64,000 nt of DNA from Schizochytrium sp. TIO01 (taxonomy: Eukaryota > Protista > Bigyra: Labyrinthulomycetes), in contig SMSO01000025.1 in assembly GCA_004764695.1 (NCBI GenBank), positions 4,752,862 through 4,816,861 of the forward strand, given 5' to 3'. Positions within the stretch are counted from its first letter, which is position 1; each line of letters starts with the position of its first letter. The notes under the pieces were generated by a model. It searched no databases. It was not told the DNA's origin and worked only from the letters and a program-made list of their open reading frames with translations. Below, piece after piece: positions 12,153 to 22,307 of this stretch. The translations under genes were made by a program, and so were the position numbers.

Positions 12153-15100
12153 TTACGACCGCTCCGAGGAACCACGCGCCGCTGAACGTGAAGCGGCACC
12201 TTGTCCAGGTTTGGGAATCATCGAACGAAACTTTGCATTCGAAGACGCAGTTGGGGCAGTCAGACGACTGCTTGTTGCACCATTGGCTGGCGCCACGCTA
12301 GCTGCACTGGTGCCTGGAGAAGCTGTGTATCCTACTGCATCACGAGACATCGAGCGTGCCATACTCCGTACAGGCGTTGTTGAACCCGAACCGGTCGTCG
12401 ACAGAGATGAGCTCGATGCCGCACGAGTTCGTGGGGTTCCCCGAGCAGTTGCTGCAGCCCCATGTAATGCAGAAGTTGAAGCAGATGTACCAGGCATAGT
12501 AGGAGGACGACGCGTTCTATTGCCTTTTGGAGAGATGTTCTCACGTTCAGCAACAGTTGAACGAAGCCGCAGCAGCTCAGTGCGTTGCTTTTCCAGCATG
12601 ATCTCCATTTCTGAAACCTTTCGCTCTGCAGTGGCCTTGGCTTGAGCAAGGGCCTTGTGTTCAGCTTTAATTTTGCGTTTTTCGACCTCCACTTCGTTCT
12701 TCGCATCCTTCAGAGCCTCTCTGGATGCAGCAAGCTTAGTGCGCAAATCCGAAACCTCTTGCACGACGTGTTGCTGCTCACGATCGGAACGTTTGCGTAA
12801 TGCATCCTCCTTTTTAGTGCCTTCGGTTTTGATTGCGGACATTGCCTGCTCCGTAATGTGAAGCTTTCGTTTCAGATCGGCAATCTTTGCATCTGCCTTT
12901 TGCTTAGATTGCTTGAGATCTGTCACTTGTGCACGCATAGTCTGAATCTCCGCCATCGTACTTTTCACCTGAACCTGGCGCTTCGCAGGTCCCAGCTCAA
13001 TGTTGCGGGCACGTGCAGCAAACTGCAGTGAGAATAGGGTTTCCTGAGCGCTGCTCGGTGTCGGCGGAACCGTGAGGATCATCACAGTTCTCGAACTGCC
13101 GCCCAGGACCGGTTGAAGCACGTGTGTGAGCTTGGAGTTACGGTAAGGCACGTGACGGTTACGATCTTTACTATCTAGGGCTTCCATGACGTCGCCGAGG
13201 GCAGCAAGGGAGCGGTTGATGTGCTTGGTTTCATCAAGACGCGTGCCTTCAACATTGGACTTGGAAACACGCTCCGAGCCAGCAAGATCGACAAGGTAAA
13301 GCTGACCTGTCACATTTACTAAGACATCTTCTGAGGACGTTCCCACAACCTCAAGGATAATGATCAAGTGCGAACGCGAACTGTGCAGGTTCAGGTCCGT
13401 CGCTGCAGTGGATCGGTTCGCGCGGCCCACACGCAGAACCTCGTCCACACGCCGCGTACTATCACATGTGACCCAGTGCACCTCTGGCAAGCCGAGTCGA
13501 GCCCGCATCGGGTTTCGGGCGGATTCGCTCCCTGCCCTCTTCGAGGACTGAGTTACAGATGTCGCTGCTGATGCGACTGAAGATGTTTCAAATGCGTCAC
13601 TCATTCCATTCGTTCCGCTGTTGCGAGAAGGAGAAAGAGAGCCTGAGCCAGCACTTGTGCGACCACTTCGGGAAGATGACTCTTTGCGTGCATCTGGGAC
13701 TCCCGAAGCCAGCAGGTCGCGTACCTCTTCATTATAAATTTCCATCATCGCAAGACGCACCTTGTAAGACGATTGTCCAGAACTCTCAAGCATTTGCGTG
13801 AGCTCGAACACACGTTTGATGGTACGTCCATTCACACCAGGATTGTCTTCGGGTCCATCCATTGTGAATGTCTTGCCACTGCCGGTCTGACCGTACGCCA
13901 TAATACACGCATTAGACCCTCCAACCACGGACTCCGCGATACCAAGCGCCGCGATTTCGTTATTGAGTTGCGATTGCGTGGTGGTTGGCGCAAAGACGCG
14001 GTCGAATGCAAAGGGTCGTACAGTCTTGGTCTTTTCGTTTTGAAATGAAACCTCTTCAGAGCTCAACGGAGCGACCGAGGGTGTGTCTTCCAAGCCTAAG
14101 CGATCGTGCTCCAACGCAGGTCGAATCCGGCAGCATACAAGAATATTGCCTCGCATTTTCTGCATGCGAGACAGCAAAGAGGCATTCGTGCGCAATTGTG
14201 CCGTGTACGCTGCTCGAAGGCTTTCGACATTGTCAGGAAGCGCCGACGATGTCTGCATTTGCATCTTCGCAGCACGTTCCTCTTCGAGCAGTGTTGCCAT
14301 CTCACCGAGCTGCTGGCGAAGGCTGTTCACAACGCGCTTTTCTTCAGCAAGTTGCTGCTGCGACGAATCCAGTTCATCTCGAACAAGCTGCACCTGACGC
14401 TCACCAATTTGGCGTTCTTCGTCAAGTGCCGCCGCGAAGACCTTTTCTTCTGCTGCGTTCGAGTCAGCAGAGGCTCGCGCCTCCACAAGTGCTACTTCGA
14501 GGTCGGCATTCTTGGCACGGAGTTTGTTAACCTCGACAACCATCGCGTCGAGCTCTTCCTGTAGCTCCTTGTCTGCTCCTACAGAGATATTGCGTTCTGC
14601 GCGGAGCGTTTCGAGGGCCTCTTCAGCACTATCACGAGCATGTTCAGCCGCCTTGAGCGCGTCCCCTGCAGTAAGCAGCTCTTCTTGAAGAGCACCAAGG
14701 TGCAAAAGGTCTTTTTTGAGTTCCTCCACAAGCCTGTGCTGTTGGTCGAGGTCCTCGTCCTTGGCGTGCAGGCTCTCCTTCAGACAGTCAATTTCTTCAC
14801 GTAGCGAATCGATTTCTTGTGAAGATTCTACGACAGATTCCTCCTTGAGTTCTTGCAGAGCAGCACGAAGACCTTCAATCTCTTCTGCGGCTTTCTCTTC
14901 GGCGTGAGTCAAAGCTGCGCGGGCTTCGATGAGGGCTTCTTGGGACTGCTCAGCCTCTTCACGAGCACGATTTAGCTCCTCCGTCTCCTCAGCTGCAGCA
15001 TCTTGTGCCTTGGCCAAGGATTCACGCAGTTCATCAAGCTGAGAGTTAGCATTTGCAGCTTCTTGCCTCAGTGCAGAAATCTCTTCAGTCTGGGCATGGT

Positions 15101-17288
15101 CCCCGGCCTCCGCGTTCGCCTGAGCCTGCTCCAAGAGTGCCTGTGCATCTATAAGTTGCTGTTTGAGATCGTCGATCTCTCGCTTTGAATCGCTATTGTT
15201 TTCTTGCGTATCTGCAGCTAACTTCTGGGCTTCTTCCAGAGAAGATCTTGCTTCTTCAAGTTCTTCACGAGTCTCGGCAAGCTCGCGAGACAATTGATTT
15301 TGTGATTCATCTTGAGCAGCGGCGACATTTAACGCCTTGGACTCTGCTTCTTCGAGAGCATTTTTAACCTCTTCGAGCTCACCCTTAGCCTTGAGAAGCT
15401 CTTCAGCGGCCTTGGATTTGGCCTTCGTAAGAGCAGCCTTGGTATCGGTGAGCTCACGAGATAGTTGGTCGTAGGATTCACCTTGGGCAGTTGCAGCATT
15501 GGAGGCCTCAGATTCTGCTTGTTCAAGAGCAGCCTCAGTCTTCGCAAGCTTGTCATTCAATTTAGCAAGCTCGTCAGCAGCTTTGGATTCGGATTCTTCA
15601 AGAGCAGCCTTGAGTTCGCGCTGTGTTGTGGCGAGCTCATCTGCAGCCTTTGCTTGCGCTGCCTCGAGAGCAGCTTTCATCTGCTCGACTTCGTCATGCG
15701 TTTTGTCAAGCTGCTCTTTTGCTTCAGCTCGTGAATCTTCGAGGGCGTTTTGTGCCTTGGCTAGCTTTGCGTCAAGTTCCTCCCGAGAATTGGCATGTGT
15801 TTTTGCAGCAAGATTTGCCTTACTTTCTGCATCTCTTAGAGATGCCTTTGCACTCTCTAGTTCATCCTGGAGTTTATTAAGCTCCAGTGCAAGCTGCTCA
15901 TTTGATTCTCCCTGAGCGCTTGCTGCTGCAATAGCTCGTGCTCTTGCCTCTTGCAGCGCTGCTTTGGTGTTTTCCAGTTCCTGCTTCAATACTTCTTGCT
16001 GCTGCGCAGCATTTTGCTCAACGGTTTCGAGTGCAGCTTGTGTGTTCTCTAGCTCCTGGTGTGCTGCTGCAAGTTCCTCTTCAAGCTTTTGTTGTGCATT
16101 CAAGGCTGCCTCGGCTTTGCCTTCTGCTTCTTGAAGGGCCTCCATCGTTTCTTGAAGTTGCGTTTGTGCTTTTCGCAGCTGCTCTTCAAGTTTATCGTTT
16201 TGTTTTTCGCCTTCAGCGTCTGCCTTTGCTCGTGCTTCTTGCAGTTCTCTAAGTGCATTCTGGCTTGCTATCAGCTGATTACGGGCTTCCTCGAGTTGCC
16301 TTGAAACCTCTTCGTAATCTTCTCTACTTGTCTTTACCTGCTCTTCCCTTGCATCCTCCGCTTTCTGCAGTGCGTCTTTCGTCTTCTGTAGCTCTTCTCG
16401 GGTCTTTTTAAGTTCGTCCAGTGCGCCTTTCGCTGTCTCGAGTTCTTCCCTCGTCTTTTCGAGCTCTTCTCTTCTCTGTTGCTCTCTTTCAAGCTCTTCT
16501 CTTACCCTTTCGAGTTCTTCTTCTGCGTCTTGGACCTTCTTCCTCATTTCCTTCACTTCCTCTTCCCTCTCTCTCACTTCTTTTTGAGCCTCTTCGACCT
16601 GTTCTTGAAGTCGCTTAGCCTTCTCCGCGTTCTTTCTTTCCTCGGAGTCTTTTCTCTCGCATTTTTGTTGGAGCTCTAAGATCTCCTCCTTCAGGTCTTG
16701 CACTTCTTTTCTTAATTGGTTCACCTCCTCCGCATTTTGTGCCGCATCCTCCGCGCTCTGTGCTGCGTTGGCTGCGTTCTCTGCATTCTCTAGCTTCTGC
16801 TCGAGGGCAACAAGCTCTGCTTGTGCCTCTCTAAGTTGTTCTTGAGTCCTCTGGAGACGTTCCTTTTCCTGCTCCTTTTCCTCCTGAAGGAACACGTTCT
16901 GCTCCATCTGCTGCTCCAGCTGGTGCCCTGCATCCTGGGCATCTGCCTCTGCAATACGAAGCTTGTTCTCAAGCTCATCGTTGGCAGTTTCGAGCCTCCT
17001 CCTGGCACTAGCTGCTTCCTCAATCTCTTTTTCAAGGTCCCTGGTTCGCTCCTCAAGCCTGAGTAGCTTTGGCTCAACGTCCTTGACTTTGGCTCGAGCG
17101 GCATCTGCCTCTGCACTGCGTTGGGCAGCCTCACGCTGCAGAGCCGCCGCGCGCTCCTCACTAGCGGCGAGCTCAGCCTCGAGAGCTTCTTCAAGCTCGC
17201 GGGAGGACTCCATAAACTCATCGAGCTCAGCCTGCCGCTGCGTGGCAGTCTCCCGCCAGTACGCAACATCTTCGCCTGTTGAAGACAT
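12153..17288 (-). CDS. Kinesin-14 family motor with NudE/NDE1-like N-terminal coiled coil and long stalk
   Basis: Neck GNILVCCRIRP, P-loop GQTGSGKT, switch I NLHSSRSH, switch II DLAGSE, HVPYRNSKLT. About 1000 aa of coiled coil precede the motor. N-terminus YWRE...ELDEFMESSRELEEALEAEL...LETANDELE resembles NudE. Confidence 0.92.
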   Translation of the reverse strand: MSSTGEDVAYWRETATQRQAELDEFMESSRELEEALEAELAASEERAAALQREAAQRSAEADAARAKVKDVEPKLLRLEERTRDLEKEIEEAASARRRLETANDELENKLRIAEADAQDAGHQLEQQMEQNVFLQEEKEQEKERLQRTQEQLREAQAELVALEQKLENAENAANAAQSAEDAAQNAEEVNQLRKEVQDLKEEILELQQKCERKDSEERKNAEKAKRLQEQVEEAQKEVREREEEVKEMRKKVQDAEEELERVREELEREQQRREELEKTREELETAKGALDELKKTREELQKTKDALQKAEDAREEQVKTSREDYEEVSRQLEEARNQLIASQNALRELQEARAKADAEGEKQNDKLEEQLRKAQTQLQETMEALQEAEGKAEAALNAQQKLEEELAAAHQELENTQAALETVEQNAAQQQEVLKQELENTKAALQEARARAIAAASAQGESNEQLALELNKLQDELESAKASLRDAESKANLAAKTHANSREELDAKLAKAQNALEDSRAEAKEQLDKTHDEVEQMKAALEAAQAKAADELATTQRELKAALEESESKAADELAKLNDKLAKTEAALEQAESEASNAATAQGESYDQLSRELTDTKAALTKAKSKAAEELLKAKGELEEVKNALEEAESKALNVAAAQDESQNQLSRELAETREELEEARSSLEEAQKLAADTQENNSDSKREIDDLKQQLIDAQALLEQAQANAEAGDHAQTEEISALRQEAANANSQLDELRESLAKAQDAAAEETEELNRAREEAEQSQEALIEARAALTHAEEKAAEEIEGLRAALQELKEESVVESSQEIDSLREEIDCLKESLHAKDEDLDQQHRLVEELKKDLLHLGALQEELLTAGDALKAAEHARDSAEEALETLRAERNISVGADKELQEELDAMVVEVNKLRAKNADLEVALVEARASADSNAAEEKVFAAALDEERQIGERQVQLVRDELDSSQQQLAEEKRVVNSLRQQLGEMATLLEEERAAKMQMQTSSALPDNVESLRAAYTAQLRTNASLLSRMQKMRGNILVCCRIRPALEHDRLGLEDTPSVAPLSSEEVSFQNEKTKTVRPFAFDRVFAPTTTQSQLNNEIAALGIAESVVGGSNACIMAYGQTGSGKTFTMDGPEDNPGVNGRTIKRVFELTQMLESSGQSSYKVRLAMMEIYNEEVRDLLASGVPDARKESSSRSGRTSAGSGSLSPSRNSGTNGMSDAFETSSVASAATSVTQSSKRAGSESARNPMRARLGLPEVHWVTCDSTRRVDEVLRVGRANRSTAATDLNLHSSRSHLIIILEVVGTSSEDVLVNVTGQLYLVDLAGSERVSKSNVEGTRLDETKHINRSLAALGDVMEALDSKDRNRHVPYRNSKLTHVLQPVLGGSSRTVMILTVPPTPSSAQETLFSLQFAARARNIELGPAKRQVQVKSTMAEIQTMRAQVTDLKQSKQKADAKIADLKRKLHITEQAMSAIKTEGTKKEDALRKRSDREQQHVVQEVSDLRTKLAASREALKDAKNEVEVEKRKIKAEHKALAQAKATAERKVSEMEIMLEKQRTELLRLRSTVAERENISPKGNRTRRPPTMPGTSASTSALHGAAATARGTPRTRAASSSSLSTTGSGSTTPVRSMARSMSRDAVGYTASPGTSAASVAPANGATSSRLTAPTASSNAKFRSMIPKPGQGAASRSAARGSSERS

Positions 17289-18946
17289 TCTGTTCGGGAT
17301 CCACGTAAGGGTTCACGCAGCTCAAGGCTTACGCGAGGAAGTATGAACTGATACTGATACCGTTAGTTAAGAATTGACGGCACCTAGTGAAGAAGTTCTC
17401 TGCGTAAAGATAGTCGCACTTGCGTGGGTAGAGCAAGGCGCTCACGACGAACAATTTCTAATAGAGGATTCAGAATCCTACAAGAGCTAGATGTTGAGGG
17501 CTGGCTAAAAGTTTAGTAGGAGATAATACGCGATCTTCGGGGATGATTGATGGTCTAGGATGTCACGGGCCAGATCAGTTCTGATCTGATTTGAAACTGA
17601 TCCCGAGCAAACTTTAGTCTGATCCTGATCGAATTGATGCGAGCAGAGCAGAGCAAAGCCGAGCGGATGAGTAGATGTCGACGAGATATATGGTTGATGC
17701 GCAGCGAGGGGTGGGGCGACCGAGCGAGCTGCTTCAGCTGCAGTCCAGATCCCACTCTGGTCTGCTCGGCCTCGCCTCAAGCGAGGTTATCAGTTTTACC
17801 AATTCAATTCAACCAAGCTGAGAAAAAATGTGCTCATAGAATGACACTGTTCCAATTGTTCTTATTGTTCTTAATAATCCATGAAAAGTATTCAATTGGG
17901 TGGGACAGAGGAATGAAATGTTGAATTGTTCATTTATTGACTATCTGCCATTCATGCATAAATCGAGGAAAACGATCATTTCAAAAGCAAGTGGCAATAG
18001 CTGCAGAGGTGGGCATAGTTTGCTATGACCATCACAACTACCCGTTGTACGTAAGCTTGTCGTCTTGTAGTTTTCCGCTCTCTGTAAATGATGATAATAT
18101 TTTCTGAAACTCCGTTCGCGTTTACTACTAGTTATACGTATTTGCTACTTGGGATAGCTACGTACATAACTACTGCTAACTGCATGCCTACTAGCCATCA
18201 CCTAAATTGCCTAAAGTGACGGAATGCTTAAGGCTGCACAGAATGACGGCCCGTCTATATACATTGAACACACTGAAAAACAGCGGGCACGGTTTGATGC
18301 TAGCCAAAACGAAAGCTACGTCAATGGAAAATTGTAGAGAGAGATGATTTAATAACTTTACGCTAGAAAGTGATATCAATGCAGAACGGAAGGGCGGGGG
18401 TACAGATAAGCAAACAGTCCAAATGTGACAATCGCGGTGCTCAGTAACGCCGATCGCTTATGATTTTTTGATTTTTTTTATGTAGACTCGATTTGTAGTT
18501 CCTGGGGAGGCCCTCCAACATGTTCAGAAGACAATATATGCATGGTCACGTGTTTCACGATATCGATGCAAGTCACTTTAAATCATTTGAGTTATGCCAG
18601 TGTCGAAGCTACACGCGCGCTCAAGCTAACAGGGTTGTGTGGGCTTTCAGACAATCAAGAGCATACCAGAATCTATATAGTAAGCACACGAGCGTTGCCG
18701 GGTACACAAGATGAACAATTAGCAATCCAATAATGAACAATCCAGCTTCCATTAGTTTGTGTGCAGAGTACCGAGTTATACATATATGCATCGCCACATG
18801 CAGCGAATAGCAAATAGCATTAGCCAATTGCAGCCTGTGCTCTGATTCATGAATGGAGTCCATGAAGAGTCAGTCTGCTTCAGCTCCAAACTGGTGGGAT
18901 GAATAAAGTCACGGAGACGCTACGAGTTTGTCAAAGAAGCCGGCAT

Positions 18947-20401
18947 CTAGGAGGAAGCACTATCGCTATCCTCTGAGGCGAGCTGGGCCAAAGAGGCCTC
19001 CATGAACGGCGTGAGAAAGTCGGGCTCACCCTTGAGCACAGCCATCGCCTGCGGTGTTTCATGATTAGTGCGGTGATCCTTCACCAGCTTGTACGGATGG
19101 AGTACGTACGAGCGAATCTGGTTGCCCCATGCGTTATCTCCCAGAGAGTCTCGTTGTGCTCGTTTGGCGTCACGCTCTGCCTGAAGTTTTCGCTCCAAGA
19201 GTCGCGATCGGAGTGCTGCCATCGCTGTCGCCTTATTGCGATGTTGCGATCGCTCGGCTTGAGATTGTGCAATAACACCCGTCGGAATGTGCGTAATTCG
19301 CACAGCAGACTCAGTTGTGTTCACGTGCTGTCCTCCGGCTCCAGAGGCTCTGAATGTATCGATCTTGAGGTCTGCAGGATCGAGCTCAATCATCTGGTTA
19401 TCATCGTCATCTTCGACGAGCGGCATGACGCTGACCTGAGCAAAACAAGTCTGGCGACGTCCGTTGGAATCATACTCCGAAATGCGGACCATGCGATGGA
19501 CACCTGTCTCAGTCTTTGCCCATCCGTAAGCGTTGAGACCGCGAATCTGTAGCGTTGCAGATCGAAGTCCTGCCTCAGTGCCTGGCGATGTCTCTGTAAC
19601 GGTCACATTGTAGCCGCTTTGCTCACCCCAGCGCTTGTACATTTCCAACAGCATTTCAGTCCAATCACAAGACTCGGTGCCTCCAGCGCCAGCTGCGAAC
19701 TCAATTACACATCCAAGTCTATCAGCGGGGTGGTCTAGCAGCATGCTAAGGTGAAATCTCTGGACCTGCTTATTGATCTGCTGCATCTCTTCAAAACAAT
19801 CTGCGACAACCTGAGATTCGCCTTCCTCGTCCGCCATAGATGCCATCTCCAAGGCGTTCTCGATGCCTGTTGCAAAGTTATCTAGGGTAGTGACCATATC
19901 AGAAAGTGCGGCATGCTCACGGCTGAGTTTGCCAGCGCGGTCAGGGTCATCCCAAAGATCTTCGCGAGCAAGCTCCTTACCAAGCTCAGCGACTCTATCG
20001 CGTATACCCCGGGTTTCCATCTTTGTACGAATGGTCTCCACCATGGAGTTCACTGAACGGTGCAATTCCTGCACACTGTACAGACTCGCAGATTTGGAGC
20101 CTTCTCCAGAAGAGCTGGAAGAGGAGTCGGTGTTGCTGCTCATGAATCGCGCATTGCGATGCCCAAGAGCACCACAGAAATATGCATGATGCTGGCCTTG
20201 AAGTTGGCTTTGAGATTGGGGCTGGCTGGACAATCCCGAAAGAACTCGGAGACTTTGGAGGGGACCTGTGACGGAGGAGATCGATCGAAATGCGGAGTAG
20301 TGGTGAATTGAAACGCTCTTGGAGACTGCGTTCTTGCACACTGCCTTGCCAGCGGATGATGCAGCAGCTGCTTGAAAGCGCTGCAGCAAATGCTGCTGCA
20401 T
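18947..20401 (-). CDS. prfB: Mitochondrial peptide chain release factor 2 (bacterial-type RF2) with targeting presequence
   Basis: GAGGTESCDW, ETGVHRMVRIS, FRASGAGGQHVNTTESAVRITHIPTG, ERSQHRNK, WGNQIRSYVLHPY. Ser/Arg/Ala-rich N-terminal extension from ATG 20401; the ORF is open from 20578. Confidence 0.92.
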   Translation of the reverse strand: MQQHLLQRFQAAAASSAGKAVCKNAVSKSVSIHHYSAFRSISSVTGPLQSLRVLSGLSSQPQSQSQLQGQHHAYFCGALGHRNARFMSSNTDSSSSSSGEGSKSASLYSVQELHRSVNSMVETIRTKMETRGIRDRVAELGKELAREDLWDDPDRAGKLSREHAALSDMVTTLDNFATGIENALEMASMADEEGESQVVADCFEEMQQINKQVQRFHLSMLLDHPADRLGCVIEFAAGAGGTESCDWTEMLLEMYKRWGEQSGYNVTVTETSPGTEAGLRSATLQIRGLNAYGWAKTETGVHRMVRISEYDSNGRRQTCFAQVSVMPLVEDDDDNQMIELDPADLKIDTFRASGAGGQHVNTTESAVRITHIPTGVIAQSQAERSQHRNKATAMAALRSRLLERKLQAERDAKRAQRDSLGDNAWGNQIRSYVLHPYKLVKDHRTNHETPQAMAVLKGEPDFLTPFMEASLAQLASEDSDSASS

Positions 20402-21643
20402 GGTCTCTGGAAGGTCGGTTCGCAGACTACAACGAGACCAGAGTAAATAATGATCAACACAGAAGCTGCACCGCCCTGGTGTTAGACGAGATAGCCGGAA
20501 AGGAAGAGGTTTCTGCAAGTAGGGCGGCAGGCAGGTAGGGAGCTGCCCTCTTGGTTTGCTTGCTCGCTCTGCATGCAATCACTCTCAATCACTCATTCAC
20601 TTATCTATAATATACAGGCCTAGTAATACCTAGCAACACCTACTATTCACAATTTAACGATTTACTTCAGACATAACCTCTCTGTGTTACCTTTGCTCAT
20701 CATTCGTAGTTCATCACACTTGAGCTTTAAGCATCCATCACTCTGATGCATCTTGAAAATCTAAGAGAAACGATTGATACATTGCAGGCATGGCACAAGC
20801 AATCAACACTTGTGTTGCTGAAAGAACGAGACTATATTTAGGTATTGTAGTATTGGTGGTTGTTGTTGCAGGTGCAATCAACATGCTTCTTCTGTTGGCG
20901 CTGTTGAACAGCCTTGCATGGAGGTGTCGTTCACAAAGCTGCGATTAGTATCACAAAATGTTTCTCACACAAGCAAGTAGCACGGATCTCTTCCTTGCAG
21001 GCTCATGCATGCGAACTTGCAAACTCAGCTCTTGATCTGTAATCTCATTGCTGTTCCACAATCGTACGGACTCTTGGGTGATACCATACGTGTCATACCT
21101 TTATTCCTTTTTTATTATCTCTTATCGTAGTAGGCACTATCTATCTAGGCACCTAGTACTCCATTTTTCTTTTCTTGTAATGGTAACTAGTTACGTGCAA
21201 TAAAATTCTTCCTTTTAAAAATTAATAAATTGTAAACACAAATAATAATATTTTATAATATTTTATTCTTTTTGTATTTTAATTTAAAATAAAATAAAAA
21301 TATCATCACAAAAAATTAAGAGTTTGTCAAAGAATCAACTTGGACCACGCGTTCACCATCTCAGTACTATGCTTCCCCCAAACCCACATCGGGCATCCAT
21401 CTCTTTTTACTATGACGCGCGTACTCCTGTCCTTTTTGGAGTGGACTGTTTCAGTTTTTGCATTCCCATTTTTGTTTCTGTTTCTACATAATACGGTGAG
21501 ACAATTGTAGCACGTAGCTCCATCTCAATTGATCGAGTAAGAAGAAGGATTCTGCTCCCCAACTAAGTGCATATCGGAACTGATAAAGGGGCAGAGGCCA
21601 ATCGGGAAGGGTTTGATGTCTAGGATTGTTATCATTATTGATA

Positions 21644-21647
21644 TCAT

Positions 21648-21679
<32 letters not shown>

Positions 21680-21688
21680 GCAGCATCA
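21644..21688. repeat. (CAT)n(CAG)n trinucleotide repeat
   Basis: atcatcatcatcatcagcagcagc... seen directly. Confidence 0.9.
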
Positions 21689-22307
21689 TAGACGAACAAG
21701 GTACTGACGTCAAGCACCTACTGGAGCATTCAGGATTAGGTTTGATTTACTTGACATCTACAGGCCCGTACGCACCATGTACTGTAATTCTTCATAAATA
21801 CGAATTCTTGATGGCAAACAAGATATCACACCGTGGAGGTATGTTCAGATAACAGTGATGAAGCAATGCTGATGTGGAGGTAGTCCCCATTGAGGGTTCT
21901 ACTGAATGCCATCTGCGTTTTCTGTATCTATTAAATGCCACAGATCAGTTGGCCTGAAGGAAAGCAATATTTTGTCAGGCTTACGTTAATGCACGCATCC
22001 TTGTTAGGACGGACAATCACCTCCTCGAGTACAAGAAGTGGAATGATACAATCCGCAAGATAACCCGATGAAGTTTTGTGTACGTTTAAGAGCAAGTAAA
22101 GAAGATATTTTTGTTTTTGTTTGTTTTTGATGTAATTGTCATTTTTTGAGACAACCTCTAATTCGCAAAACCCAACTAGAGCGCAACGTTTTCGACGCAA
22201 GCAACGCCGAGGCACACCCCTTGCCTGTGTGCCGCTGCCCCGCAAACCTCTATTTACCTCGCTTAGCTGCACTTTGTTAGGCTAACTTCGACAAAACCTT
22301 CGCCGTC

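Noticed and set aside
12201-17346. Many short + strand ORFs over the kinesin gene
   Set aside because: Antisense shadows of a Glu/Ala/Lys-rich coiled-coil CDS.
18947-20578. Bacterial prfB with programmed +1 frameshift, or bacterial contamination
   Set aside because: The ORF is continuous with no CTT-TGA shift site, has a presequence-like extension, and is flanked by eukaryotic genes.
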